From a virus (taxonomy: Duplodnaviria; Caudoviricetes), in IMG/VR virus record IMGVR_UViG_3300020727_000860, positions 1 through 58,074 of that record: a DNA stretch of 58,074 nucleotides; one strand, written 5' to 3'. The position numbers and the translations under genes were made by a program. Below, in pieces: positions 10,142 through 18,768 of this stretch. The notes beneath the pieces are model-generated. The model was not told the DNA's origin. It saw nothing but the letters and a program-made list of their open reading frames with translations, and ran no database searches. Positions within the stretch are counted from its first letter, which is position 1. Every line of letters begins with the position of its first letter.

Positions 10142-10838
10142 AACTTCTATATTGTGCGTTATTCTCACCACCTTGAAAATTGTGGAAGCAAAATGGTTTT
10201 ATATCACCATATTCAACTCCATCTAAAGTTTTTAAAGTTCTCTTACCATTTTCACCAAAGCTTTCAACCAAAACTTCTTCATGTGAAAAGTATTTAGCTA
10301 CATCAAAAGGTGCAAATTTTATACCATGATGTAAAAATAAATTCCTATTCCAAATACATATTTGAGCATCTTCATTGTAATTACCATCATAAGGAATCCA
10401 AGGCATTTTATATTTGTCTGGAATTTCCATTAATTTTTTACTTCTTATAGATATTCCATTTCCAACTTTTATCGGTTCACCATATCTATCATAGAAACAA
10501 TTGAATCCCCATGGTGCTCCAATATAATCATAGTCTAAAAAATCATCACGCCACATTTCAGGATTAACAACATATCCATCACTTTGTATTTGAAGTGCAA
10601 AATCAGTATCAATATATTTGTATAACTCATATATAACAAATCGATTATACTCAACAATATCCATTTTTGGAACCTTTACTACTTCTATACCTTCCGCTTC
10701 TACATCAACATCAGTGAATAGTTTAACTGCACCAAAATTAATTCCTCTACATGACTTTTTTATTGCTAAAATAGTCTCTTCTAGTCGAATTGATGTGACA
10801 CTAACTAATGTTATATTAGGTAAATCTATCTTAGACAT
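10134..10838 (-). CDS. DUF5672 family putative glycosyltransferase
   Basis: Q.DGYVVNP..W.D.FL.YDYIGAPW, VGNG.S.RSK, NED, AP..VAKYFSHE. Confidence 0.8.
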   Translation of the reverse strand: MSKIDLPNITLVSVTSIRLEETILAIKKSCRGINFGAVKLFTDVDVEAEGIEVVKVPKMDIVEYNRFVIYELYKYIDTDFALQIQSDGYVVNPEMWRDDFLDYDYIGAPWGFNCFYDRYGEPIKVGNGISIRSKKLMEIPDKYKMPWIPYDGNYNEDAQICIWNRNLFLHHGIKFAPFDVAKYFSHEEVLVESFGENGKRTLKTLDGVEYGDIKPFCFHNFQGGENNAQYRSYE

Positions 10839-11610
10839 AAATAAATTTTTTACTTTTTATCTCACAAGGAAACCATCCCTTTTCTGGTTTATCGTAGTAT
10901 ATCCAATACATCGGCGCAACTGTGATATATTTATCCGTTAACCAAGCTGCCCACCAAGAATAAGTAGATGGTGAGATTATACAATACTTTGAAAAGTATA
11001 AAAGTTTTAAATCTACCATCATATCATTTGAAATTATCTCACAATCAACATCTTTAAATACTTCTTCTGCTTTTGGTATTTCTTCTGTGATAACTAAAAA
11101 CTTGATATCAGGTTTTATTTCTTTTATTTTATCCATCGCATCTAAATAAAATTTCAACGAAATATATGTCTGACCTTCACCGAAAACATATACCCTAAAA
11201 TGTATATAACAATACTCTTCTACTGGATATTTCAATAGTAATTCAGAAGTTTTATCATCAGCTTCTAATTTAAACCATTCTTTTATTTTATCCTCATATC
11301 CTTCAAAATATCTTTCTGTTTGATAGTATCCATATAATCTTGTGAAATTTGGAGCATTAAAAAGATTTGGATCAAAATATTGACCAGGATTCTCATTATA
11401 AATATATTGTAAATTACCATCAATCTTTCCTCTTTCAAGATTTGGAAAAAAGTTAAATATGTGATGTGATGGATCTTCAGGATGTGGATGTGGTAATTCA
11501 TTTACTTGTGGTAAATAAAATTCATATCCATTTTTTTCAGCTACGATTCTTGCTATAGCATATTGAAACATCTGATTACCTAACCTACCTCCAAATGAAC
11601 CATGTATCAT
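10831..11610 (-). CDS. GT11 fucosyltransferase-like protein
   Basis: GRLGNQMFQY, GYYQTERYF, HFR, STYSWWAAWL; start at ATG 11610. Confidence 0.85.
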   Translation of the reverse strand: MIHGSFGGRLGNQMFQYAIARIVAEKNGYEFYLPQVNELPHPHPEDPSHHIFNFFPNLERGKIDGNLQYIYNENPGQYFDPNLFNAPNFTRLYGYYQTERYFEGYEDKIKEWFKLEADDKTSELLLKYPVEEYCYIHFRVYVFGEGQTYISLKFYLDAMDKIKEIKPDIKFLVITEEIPKAEEVFKDVDCEIISNDMMVDLKLLYFSKYCIISPSTYSWWAAWLTDKYITVAPMYWIYYDKPEKGWFPCEIKSKKFIYV

Positions 11611-11611
11611 T

Positions 11612-12544
11612 TTAGTTATTATTAATTTTATAATTTGAAAGAGAATCCCAATTATTTTTAAGATAATCTTCAATACATTTAACTCCCTTTTCTAAATCAA
11701 AGTTGATTTTATAATCTAATACTGAATTTAGTTTTGAAAAGTCAACTTTATAATCTCTTGGGTCATCGAAATCTACGTATTTAACTTCAAAGTCTAGTCC
11801 ACACTTTTTTAGATTATTAACAATGTCTCTTTTAGTGAAATTTAGTGATTCTTCACCTATATTATAAACACCTTTTAAATTCTTATTCATTGCTTGAATT
11901 ATAATATCACAAGCATCATCTACATATAAAAACGGCCTCCATGTCTCCTCACCAAAAACACTGATATATCCATCTCTCATTCCTTCATAGATAAATTGAT
12001 TAATTGTTAAATCAACTCTCATTCTATGAGATACACCAAATAATGTAGAACACCTGAGAATTAAATAACTCTTTGAATTTTCTATTATATAGTTTTCAGA
12101 TTTAATTTTAGAATCTGAATACATACCTAATGGATTTAATTCAGAATCTTCATTTACAACTTCTGTGTTTTTTCCATAATTAGAACAAGTACTTAAAAAT
12201 ATAAATTGCTTATTATTTTGATTACAAATATCTGATATAAATTTTGTTGATTCTGTATTGATATTATAAACATTTTCTTTTGTAGTTTTTTTACAAGCAG
12301 GTTCACCGACTAATGCGGCTAAATGTATCACAACATCATTACTATTTATGACCTCGTTTAATTTATTAAAATCAGTTACATCACCAATTACTAATTTATA
12401 ATTTGGATTTTTAAGAAATGCCTGACATCCAGAATCTCCATACATCAGGTTATCATAGACAGTTACGTGATGATTTATATCAAGTAATTTTTCGGACAAC
12501 TTAGATCCGAAAAATCCAGCTCCTCCAGTAATTAAAATATTCAT
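11612..12544 (-). CDS. NAD-dependent sugar epimerase/dehydratase
   Basis: ITGGAGFFGS, HLAALVG, YSDSK (YxxxK). Confidence 0.9.
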   Translation of the reverse strand: MNILITGGAGFFGSKLSEKLLDINHHVTVYDNLMYGDSGCQAFLKNPNYKLVIGDVTDFNKLNEVINSNDVVIHLAALVGEPACKKTTKENVYNINTESTKFISDICNQNNKQFIFLSTCSNYGKNTEVVNEDSELNPLGMYSDSKIKSENYIIENSKSYLILRCSTLFGVSHRMRVDLTINQFIYEGMRDGYISVFGEETWRPFLYVDDACDIIIQAMNKNLKGVYNIGEESLNFTKRDIVNNLKKCGLDFEVKYVDFDDPRDYKVDFSKLNSVLDYKINFDLEKGVKCIEDYLKNNWDSLSNYKINNN

Positions 12545-13119
12545 TTAGAGTCTCCTATTTTTATTAATTTTATATTATTTTGTTCCTTAATATATCGCCA
12601 AGGGTCTATTACAACCGAACCCTCTGGAAACTTATAATCTAAAAAGATATCATGGTTTGTACCTATAAAAAATATACTTGGTGTATCTAAAGTAAAAGGA
12701 TCCGTGTCAACCCAAGGATCATACATCATGACTTGTGATTCTTTTTCCTCTAATATATTTTTTAGTAGAATAGATGGACTACCTAATATAAGATTAGTTT
12801 CTTTTTTAAAGGTTTTTCCCAAAATAACTATTGGTAAATCATTTTTACTCTTCTCTTCTAAAATTAAAGTTGATAACCATTCAGTTTGTTTTTCCCTACA
12901 CTCCATTAAATTATCATACCAGTTAAAGCTTAGGTCTACTTTATTTGCAAGCCATGATAAAGCAATATTATCTCTTGGATGACAATTGTGAACTACTATA
13001 CCTGTATCACTATCAATATAAAATTGGTCATCTTTTTTTTCATGAAATGGTTCTACTTCTAAATTATATACATATCCTTCATATTTCTCAATTTCAATTT
13101 TTGTTATTCTATCTTTCAT
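12541..13119 (-). CDS. ugd: Split intein C-part (45 aa) fused to C-terminal part of UDP-glucose/GDP-mannose dehydrogenase
   Basis: VYNLEV...GIVVHN|CHPRD; then ILGKTFK..T...SPS and YDP of the UDPGDH C-domain. Confidence 0.9.
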   Translation of the reverse strand: MKDRITKIEIEKYEGYVYNLEVEPFHEKKDDQFYIDSDTGIVVHNCHPRDNIALSWLANKVDLSFNWYDNLMECREKQTEWLSTLILEEKSKNDLPIVILGKTFKKETNLILGSPSILLKNILEEKESQVMMYDPWVDTDPFTLDTPSIFFIGTNHDIFLDYKFPEGSVVIDPWRYIKEQNNIKLIKIGDSK

Positions 13120-13122
13120 ATT

Positions 13123-13923
13123 TTAGCATATTTTTATACCCAAATTTTTTAGGTCCTCTTTAAAAAGAATTTGTATCTTATTGTTATTACTTTTTAATAT
13201 TTCAAATTTACGACTCTGTCCTATAAATGTATAGGTTGATTTTATATCAACATATACATTCCAATTATATACAAAAAAATCTGGATAATAATTCTTACAT
13301 TTACCCTCGTCATCTATATATGGTATCTTACCCCTATGACATTCAAAAGTTAAATTATTTTTATCCAACCACTCGATGAATTTTAATTCCCATGTTCCTT
13401 GTACTTTATATACCTTACCACTCGAATGTTTATAATCATACCATAAACATTTCCAACAATTATTCACACCAATGAATTTACCATCTTCCCAAGCCTTCTT
13501 AGTACCATTTGAGTATTTCTTCCTCATACTTAAAGTCATTCCTTCTGATCTTGTTTTAGAAACTTTATTTCTTATTTCTAAACTTTTCATGGGATTTTTA
13601 TCACCCGATATATCAACTTTTGATCTTATCAAATCCGACATTTCCTTTCTCTTATCTTCCGACTCCCATATTTTTTTCAAAGCCAATTTCATTTTTTCAA
13701 TCTTTTCCGGCCTTCTATTTAGAATCAACCTCCAGCAAATATTACAATAATCATTAGAAAATAATTCATTTTCTTTCATTTTTTTATATTGATTTAGAGA
13801 TCTTTCATGTATAATATCACACTTATCACACTTGAGTTTAAGTATTTTTTCATTTCTATTAATAACTTTATCTAACTTTTTATCAAAATATTGAGTGTTC
13901 AGGTTTAATTTTTCAATTATCAT
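13123..13923 (-). CDS. Free-standing putative homing endonuclease (NUMOD-like repeats plus TnsA-like PD-(D/E)xK domain)
   Basis: SGDKNPM repeat-like segment; GTWELKF..WLD...YYPDFFV....YVDIKS; sits between the split-intein halves. Confidence 0.7.
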   Translation of the reverse strand: MIIEKLNLNTQYFDKKLDKVINRNEKILKLKCDKCDIIHERSLNQYKKMKENELFSNDYCNICWRLILNRRPEKIEKMKLALKKIWESEDKRKEMSDLIRSKVDISGDKNPMKSLEIRNKVSKTRSEGMTLSMRKKYSNGTKKAWEDGKFIGVNNCWKCLWYDYKHSSGKVYKVQGTWELKFIEWLDKNNLTFECHRGKIPYIDDEGKCKNYYPDFFVYNWNVYVDIKSTYTFIGQSRKFEILKSNNNKIQILFKEDLKNLGIKIC

Positions 13924-13956
13924 ATCTTATATATTAAAAATAGAAGACACCCTCCA

Positions 13957-15093
13957 CTATAACACATAAAACTTATCATCATTTCTAATTTCAATTGCTT
14001 TTACTAGAATTAATTTTCCATTTCTTTCCACTGGAACTATATGATCAGTTGTCAAGCTTATTTTTTTACCACTCTCTGTTGTGAAATTTATCATATCACC
14101 GATATAATGTCTTCTAGTTACCTCGTTTATCTTTTTTTGATTTTTTGTATTACATGTGTAGTTACATGAGTCAACAAGATATGTAGATTCATCATCAAAT
14201 GAATTATACAATTCATCAATTTGAACAATATCATTATTTACCTTTACTTTAAATGTAGGCTTAACACAACCACCACCATCACCCATACCACCTAATAAAT
14301 ACTTAGGACTCATAAGTCGCTCATTTGCTAAAAATAATCCTCTCATAACATTATCACAATTAATATTATCCAATTTATGTGATAACTCCATTACAGTGTT
14401 TGCTAAGCAAACTTTCATAGTTATATAAGTGTTATAAGTTACTTTTATCATCTCAGCTTCTTCTATAGTACATTTATAAACTGGTTTATTATGTATTGTT
14501 GCATAGAAATCTTTAACATATTCATAAGCATTATCATCATCTACGCCAAACAAAACAAATTCTGGAGATACAAAATCTCTAATGGTTGTACCCATTGCTA
14601 TAAAGAAAGGATTATAACATAACTTAACATGATTATTTAATAGTGGTTTAATTTCCTTTCTTATTGTCCCTGGTAAAACAGTTGAAATAATAACTACTAT
14701 TTTATCTATTCCCTGTTTTTGTATTTCATCTGATAGATTCTTCATACCTTGTTTCAGCCAAGTATAATCAAAATCAACTCTTTCTTCTGGTATTCTAGTA
14801 TCTCCCTCATATTTTGGTAAGTGTGGAGTTTGGATAGGAACAAAAATAATATCAGATTTTTTTACAACATCCGAAATACTTGACCAAATTATATTATTAT
14901 CAACCAAAAGTTCCTCAGCTCCTTCTTCTCTATAAGGCAGCTTTTTGTTGACTAAAATATCTTTAACGTTTTGATTGATATCAAAACCAAATACTGTGTG
15001 TCCTCTTTTTTCTATAGCTAAAGCACACGGTAATCCTAATTTACCAAGACCTAAAAATCCAATATTCATTTTTTCATTTTTAATTTTTTTCAA
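13957..15093 (-). CDS. ugd: UDP-glucose/GDP-mannose dehydrogenase N-terminal part fused to split intein N-part (103 aa)
   Basis: GFLGLGKLG, STVLPGT, AEMIKVTYN, GMGDGGG|CVKP...; intein block B LTTDH. Confidence 0.9.
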   Translation of the reverse strand: MKKIKNEKMNIGFLGLGKLGLPCALAIEKRGHTVFGFDINQNVKDILVNKKLPYREEGAEELLVDNNIIWSSISDVVKKSDIIFVPIQTPHLPKYEGDTRIPEERVDFDYTWLKQGMKNLSDEIQKQGIDKIVVIISTVLPGTIRKEIKPLLNNHVKLCYNPFFIAMGTTIRDFVSPEFVLFGVDDDNAYEYVKDFYATIHNKPVYKCTIEEAEMIKVTYNTYITMKVCLANTVMELSHKLDNINCDNVMRGLFLANERLMSPKYLLGGMGDGGGCVKPTFKVKVNNDIVQIDELYNSFDDESTYLVDSCNYTCNTKNQKKINEVTRRHYIGDMINFTTESGKKISLTTDHIVPVERNGKLILVKAIEIRNDDKFYVL

Positions 15094-15679
15094 AGATAAC
15101 TAATACATCATCATATCTTCCTTGTACATTTCTCAGATCTACTACTTTTGGTGAAAATGGCAAAAAATGTGTAATGTTTTGTTCTAAGTTAGCAAAGTCT
15201 TCAATTATATAAAGACCTCCTTTATTTAACTTTTGTATCATAGTTTGATAAGTACTATACTGATCTTGTATAGTATGACTAGCATCATCTATAATTATAT
15301 CAAATGTTGTATCTTTTATTTCAGACATGACTTTTTGTGTATCGTTTATATCTGAAAAAATCATATTCACTTTTTCAATACCTTCAAACCAGGTTAGATT
15401 TAAAGGGTCAATATCTATTCCAAATATTTGACTATCTTGATGGAAATAGGTCTTCCACATATGAAGGATCCAGCCACCTGAAATTCCTATTTCAAGAAAG
15501 TTAATTGGTCTGTCTTGATATTTACTAAAATAATATTCATATGTGTCTATAAAGCTATGTACACTACCTTTGTCAACATCGTATTGAGTTGTATTTCTCT
15601 CACCATTAGTACCTGGTTCTTTTCCAGTATATTGTCTAATGTAATTCAGAGTTATTTCTCTTGCTTCTTTAAGGTTCAT
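15080..15679 (-). CDS. class I SAM-dependent (sugar O-)methyltransferase
   Basis: LEIGISGG, FGIDID, FDIIIDDASH, GGLYIIED. Confidence 0.8.
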   Translation of the reverse strand: MNLKEAREITLNYIRQYTGKEPGTNGERNTTQYDVDKGSVHSFIDTYEYYFSKYQDRPINFLEIGISGGWILHMWKTYFHQDSQIFGIDIDPLNLTWFEGIEKVNMIFSDINDTQKVMSEIKDTTFDIIIDDASHTIQDQYSTYQTMIQKLNKGGLYIIEDFANLEQNITHFLPFSPKVVDLRNVQGRYDDVLVIFEKN

Positions 15680-15681
15680 AA

Positions 15682-16407
15682 TTAGTTTATATTTTTTACT
15701 TTTTCAGTTAAGCTTAATGTACTTAATGTCAACTTCTTATTAAATTCATAATCTACTTGATTATTGATAATTTTTAAAATAGACTCTTGTAAAGGATCAT
15801 TCATTGGATTGGAGAAATCAATTACATGACCATCAATAATTATCCTTTTTTCTTTTCCATCATAATTCCTATCATATTTGAATGTTGATATCATGTTACC
15901 ATTTATCATCTCCATATCTAAATCGTCCTTCGTATAGCTACATTTTGTTATTTCCCATTCATCACTAGTTAAACTCAATAACATATAAATATCATGATAT
16001 AAAAGTCTATCTAATATACTTTCTTTGTTTTTATCATATTTATTCCAAATGAAACTGATATTACTAATTTTTTTGTCAATATTCATGAATTCAGTTCTAT
16101 ATAAAAAGGTATTATCAACAAATATTTTAACTTTATTAAGTGATAGTTGATATATCTCTTTTGCTTTAGAAAAATCACCAGTAAACGGCTTTTCACAAAA
16201 GACATTCTTATTATATTGAATACATTTTTTAAGTATATTATAATGAGTTTCTGTTGTTGAACAGATGAATACCCAATCAATATCTTTTTTTAATAATTCA
16301 TCTAAATCACTTTTAGAATTTGCAACATATAATAGATTAGTCAGTGATTGTAACTTTGGTTTTATTATATTACCCCAATATCCATCTCCTATTAATAATG
16401 TTGTCAT
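15682..16407 (-). CDS. Gfo/Idh/MocA family oxidoreductase
   Basis: LIGDGYWG, THY, VFCEKPF, HD. Confidence 0.8.
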   Translation of the reverse strand: MTTLLIGDGYWGNIIKPKLQSLTNLLYVANSKSDLDELLKKDIDWVFICSTTETHYNILKKCIQYNKNVFCEKPFTGDFSKAKEIYQLSLNKVKIFVDNTFLYRTEFMNIDKKISNISFIWNKYDKNKESILDRLLYHDIYMLLSLTSDEWEITKCSYTKDDLDMEMINGNMISTFKYDRNYDGKEKRIIIDGHVIDFSNPMNDPLQESILKIINNQVDYEFNKKLTLSTLSLTEKVKNIN

Positions 16408-17468
16408 ATCATTTTTTTAATATCTTCAGCAATTTTCCAACAAGTTGTTATTTTACCAGACAAAATGCTGATAACTTTTATATTATCGACACAATTAAAA
16501 GTTATATCACTCATTCTAGAATCATCTTCGTTTATTGGTAGTGCTCTGATTGTTTGCCAATATCCATCAGGCTCACAATCTTTTAAAAAGGAATAATATT
16601 TTATAGACTCATCATATATTTTGTCAATTTTTTTACTTATAATAATTTTATCATAAATATTTTTCTTAAAAAATTTGTTCTTGATTATTTTTTTTTCAAG
16701 CTCCCACATACCTGAAATATTATATCCTTCCGATTGACAAATAACAGAGTTTCTAACATGATATAATAAAAAATAATTATCATCAAATCCTTTTGGCATT
16801 ATACTACAATATTTACCATCCATTATTGTTAACCCAATTTTATTCATATTCTTTCTAAATATTGGTATAACCACATTTTGAAACCTCAGAGTGGACTCTG
16901 GTAGATTGAATAACCTATTTATCTTATTTATATTAAAATAAGATGCGTTTATTACAACATCATAACCATCAACATCTGACTTATTTTGAAGTGTTTTATT
17001 CAATATTAGATTTATAGTGGATTTACAAATCATGTTTTTTAATATCTTTTTAAGTGTCTCATAGTCATAAACTGGTTCATTGGTTAGAAAGGAGGAATCT
17101 ATATTTGAAAAGTCCATATCTATTTTAGGATATTCCTCCACAATTTTTAGACTCAATTTGTTACAAAAGTCGGAGTAATCAGAAGAACTCACCTTACTAT
17201 TTTTTTCAACCATGTAATAGTTTGGAAAATTATCTACAACCGAATCTTTGAAAATTTGATGAAAAGATTTAAAACCTTCTATACTCTGAATAGCAGTTTC
17301 AATACTCCTTGGATAATGAAACCCAAAGTGGAGTCTATTATGATTAAATTTAGATGCATTCAACATAATGTCATCATTGCTATCAATTAGTGTAACTCTA
17401 TTCGACTCAGATAATTTTAATGCAGTACAAATTCCGAATACTCCAGCTCCTATAACCAATATATTCAT
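16404..17468 (-). CDS. FAD-dependent oxidoreductase
   Basis: VIGAGVFG, RLHFGFHYPRS, terminal SGKI. Confidence 0.8.
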   Translation of the reverse strand: MNILVIGAGVFGICTALKLSESNRVTLIDSNDDIMLNASKFNHNRLHFGFHYPRSIETAIQSIEGFKSFHQIFKDSVVDNFPNYYMVEKNSKVSSSDYSDFCNKLSLKIVEEYPKIDMDFSNIDSSFLTNEPVYDYETLKKILKNMICKSTINLILNKTLQNKSDVDGYDVVINASYFNINKINRLFNLPESTLRFQNVVIPIFRKNMNKIGLTIMDGKYCSIMPKGFDDNYFLLYHVRNSVICQSEGYNISGMWELEKKIIKNKFFKKNIYDKIIISKKIDKIYDESIKYYSFLKDCEPDGYWQTIRALPINEDDSRMSDITFNCVDNIKVISILSGKITTCWKIAEDIKKMI

Positions 17469-17496
17469 TAAATTATTTAATTTTTAGTTTAACAAA

Positions 17497-18091
17497 TTAT
17501 GGTCTCCAAAGACCTATGCCACCCCAATGTTCAGAAAATTCACCTGATTTTATTTTACCACTTGATTTTGAACAAACTATCTCAACTTTAGATCCACCTT
17601 CTATATCACACCAATGTTTATATACTTGGTCATCATAAACATTATTTGGATCTATATCATGAAAAACAACATATCCTCTATTGGAAAGTAGTTTTTTATA
17701 CAAATCAAAATCTCTTTTAACACCATCATAACTATAATCTTCATCAATAAATATCAAATCATAATTATCACAATAAGATCTCACATTTTCAAAAATTTCT
17801 TCTGTTTGTGAATTACCACAAAAGAATTGATATTCCTCTTCCATTACTCGGTTTAATATTTCACCGACAATAGGATCAATATCAACCGAAACTTTTTTAC
17901 CTGTAGATAATTTAGAAACAGTCCAAAAGGTTGCACCTGATCTAGTTCCTATCTCTAAAATATTATTGGGTGAAAAGCCTTTTCACCCAATATAAATATG
18001 TTAGGAACTCTTCATACACTTGTAATATTGTCTCTATTTGACCATTTTCTTTTTTTCTTATATACTCTTCAATTAATTCTATTGGTTCCAT
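17497..18091 (-). pseudogene. class I SAM methyltransferase with two +1 frameshifts
   Basis: MEPIELIEE...YWVK | GFSPNNILEIGTRSGATF...VSVDID | MEEEY...IFIDEDYSYDGVKRDF...VFHDI; frame breaks near 17980 and ~17853. Confidence 0.7.
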
Positions 18092-18099
18092 TTTATTAT

Positions 18100-18768
18100 T
18101 TATTCTTCATATTCAAAAATTTTCCACATCATTCTTTCAAATACATGTGGCATACTATAGTCCATCCAACTTTTATAAGTCGGAAATCCAAGTGTTTTCA
18201 AATGTGCTGCATCATGATTTGGTATTACTTTACTTGGGTCTGGATTTTCTTGATAACAGTCGTATCCATAATTACAAGCATTCTTATAAACATCATAAAT
18301 ATTAATCCACCAGTTAAGTGATTTCTTCATAAGAAAATCGCTTTGTAAAATATATTGGTCTCCTGCTGAGAAAAATAGCTCTTCTTCTCTTACAACACTT
18401 GATTTGAAAACAAGAGGTATAAAATCATTTAAATATATCTGACCAGCAGAACTATAAACATCACCAAGTGGTTGTATACCATATTTATCATAGCTATTAA
18501 TTTGTTCCACTATCGTCGGACAATGTGGGAATGGATCACCTTGTAAAAAAGCAATCACTTCTGGGTAGTTACCATAATAATTAATGATATACTCAAAGTA
18601 TGTACCTTCTCCCCTCCACTTATTTTCTAAATAGACTGTCTCGAGACATTTTGAACCAAAATCTCTTTCAATAGGAAGCCCCTTATTATAAACAATAAAA
18701 TTACAATCTAATCTATCTACCCAATTAATATCCTCTTGATATCTAGCTATTAAGCAAACTTTCTCCAT
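18100..18768 (-). CDS. DUF3431-like protein
   Basis: IARYQEDINW, YNKG, FLQGDPFPH, FERMMW. Confidence 0.7.
   Translation of the reverse strand: MEKVCLIARYQEDINWVDRLDCNFIVYNKGLPIERDFGSKCLETVYLENKWRGEGTYFEYIINYYGNYPEVIAFLQGDPFPHCPTIVEQINSYDKYGIQPLGDVYSSAGQIYLNDFIPLVFKSSVVREEELFFSAGDQYILQSDFLMKKSLNWWINIYDVYKNACNYGYDCYQENPDPSKVIPNHDAAHLKTLGFPTYKSWMDYSMPHVFERMMWKIFEYEE

Noticed and set aside
13123-13923. Group I intron explanation for the interrupted ugd and clpC genes
   Set aside because: Flanks carry clear intein blocks, and intergenic gaps are only 3-33 nt, too short for a ribozyme core
13937-13958. GGAGGGTGTCTT after ugd-N, resembling a duplicated Gly-Gly-Cys junction
   Set aside because: Too short; equally explained as a weak G-U hairpin
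10618-18321. Short antisense or nested ORFs in the glycosylation island (e.g. 10618, 11283, 12704, 13472, 16344, 17998)
   Set aside because: They overlap well-supported genes and show no motifs
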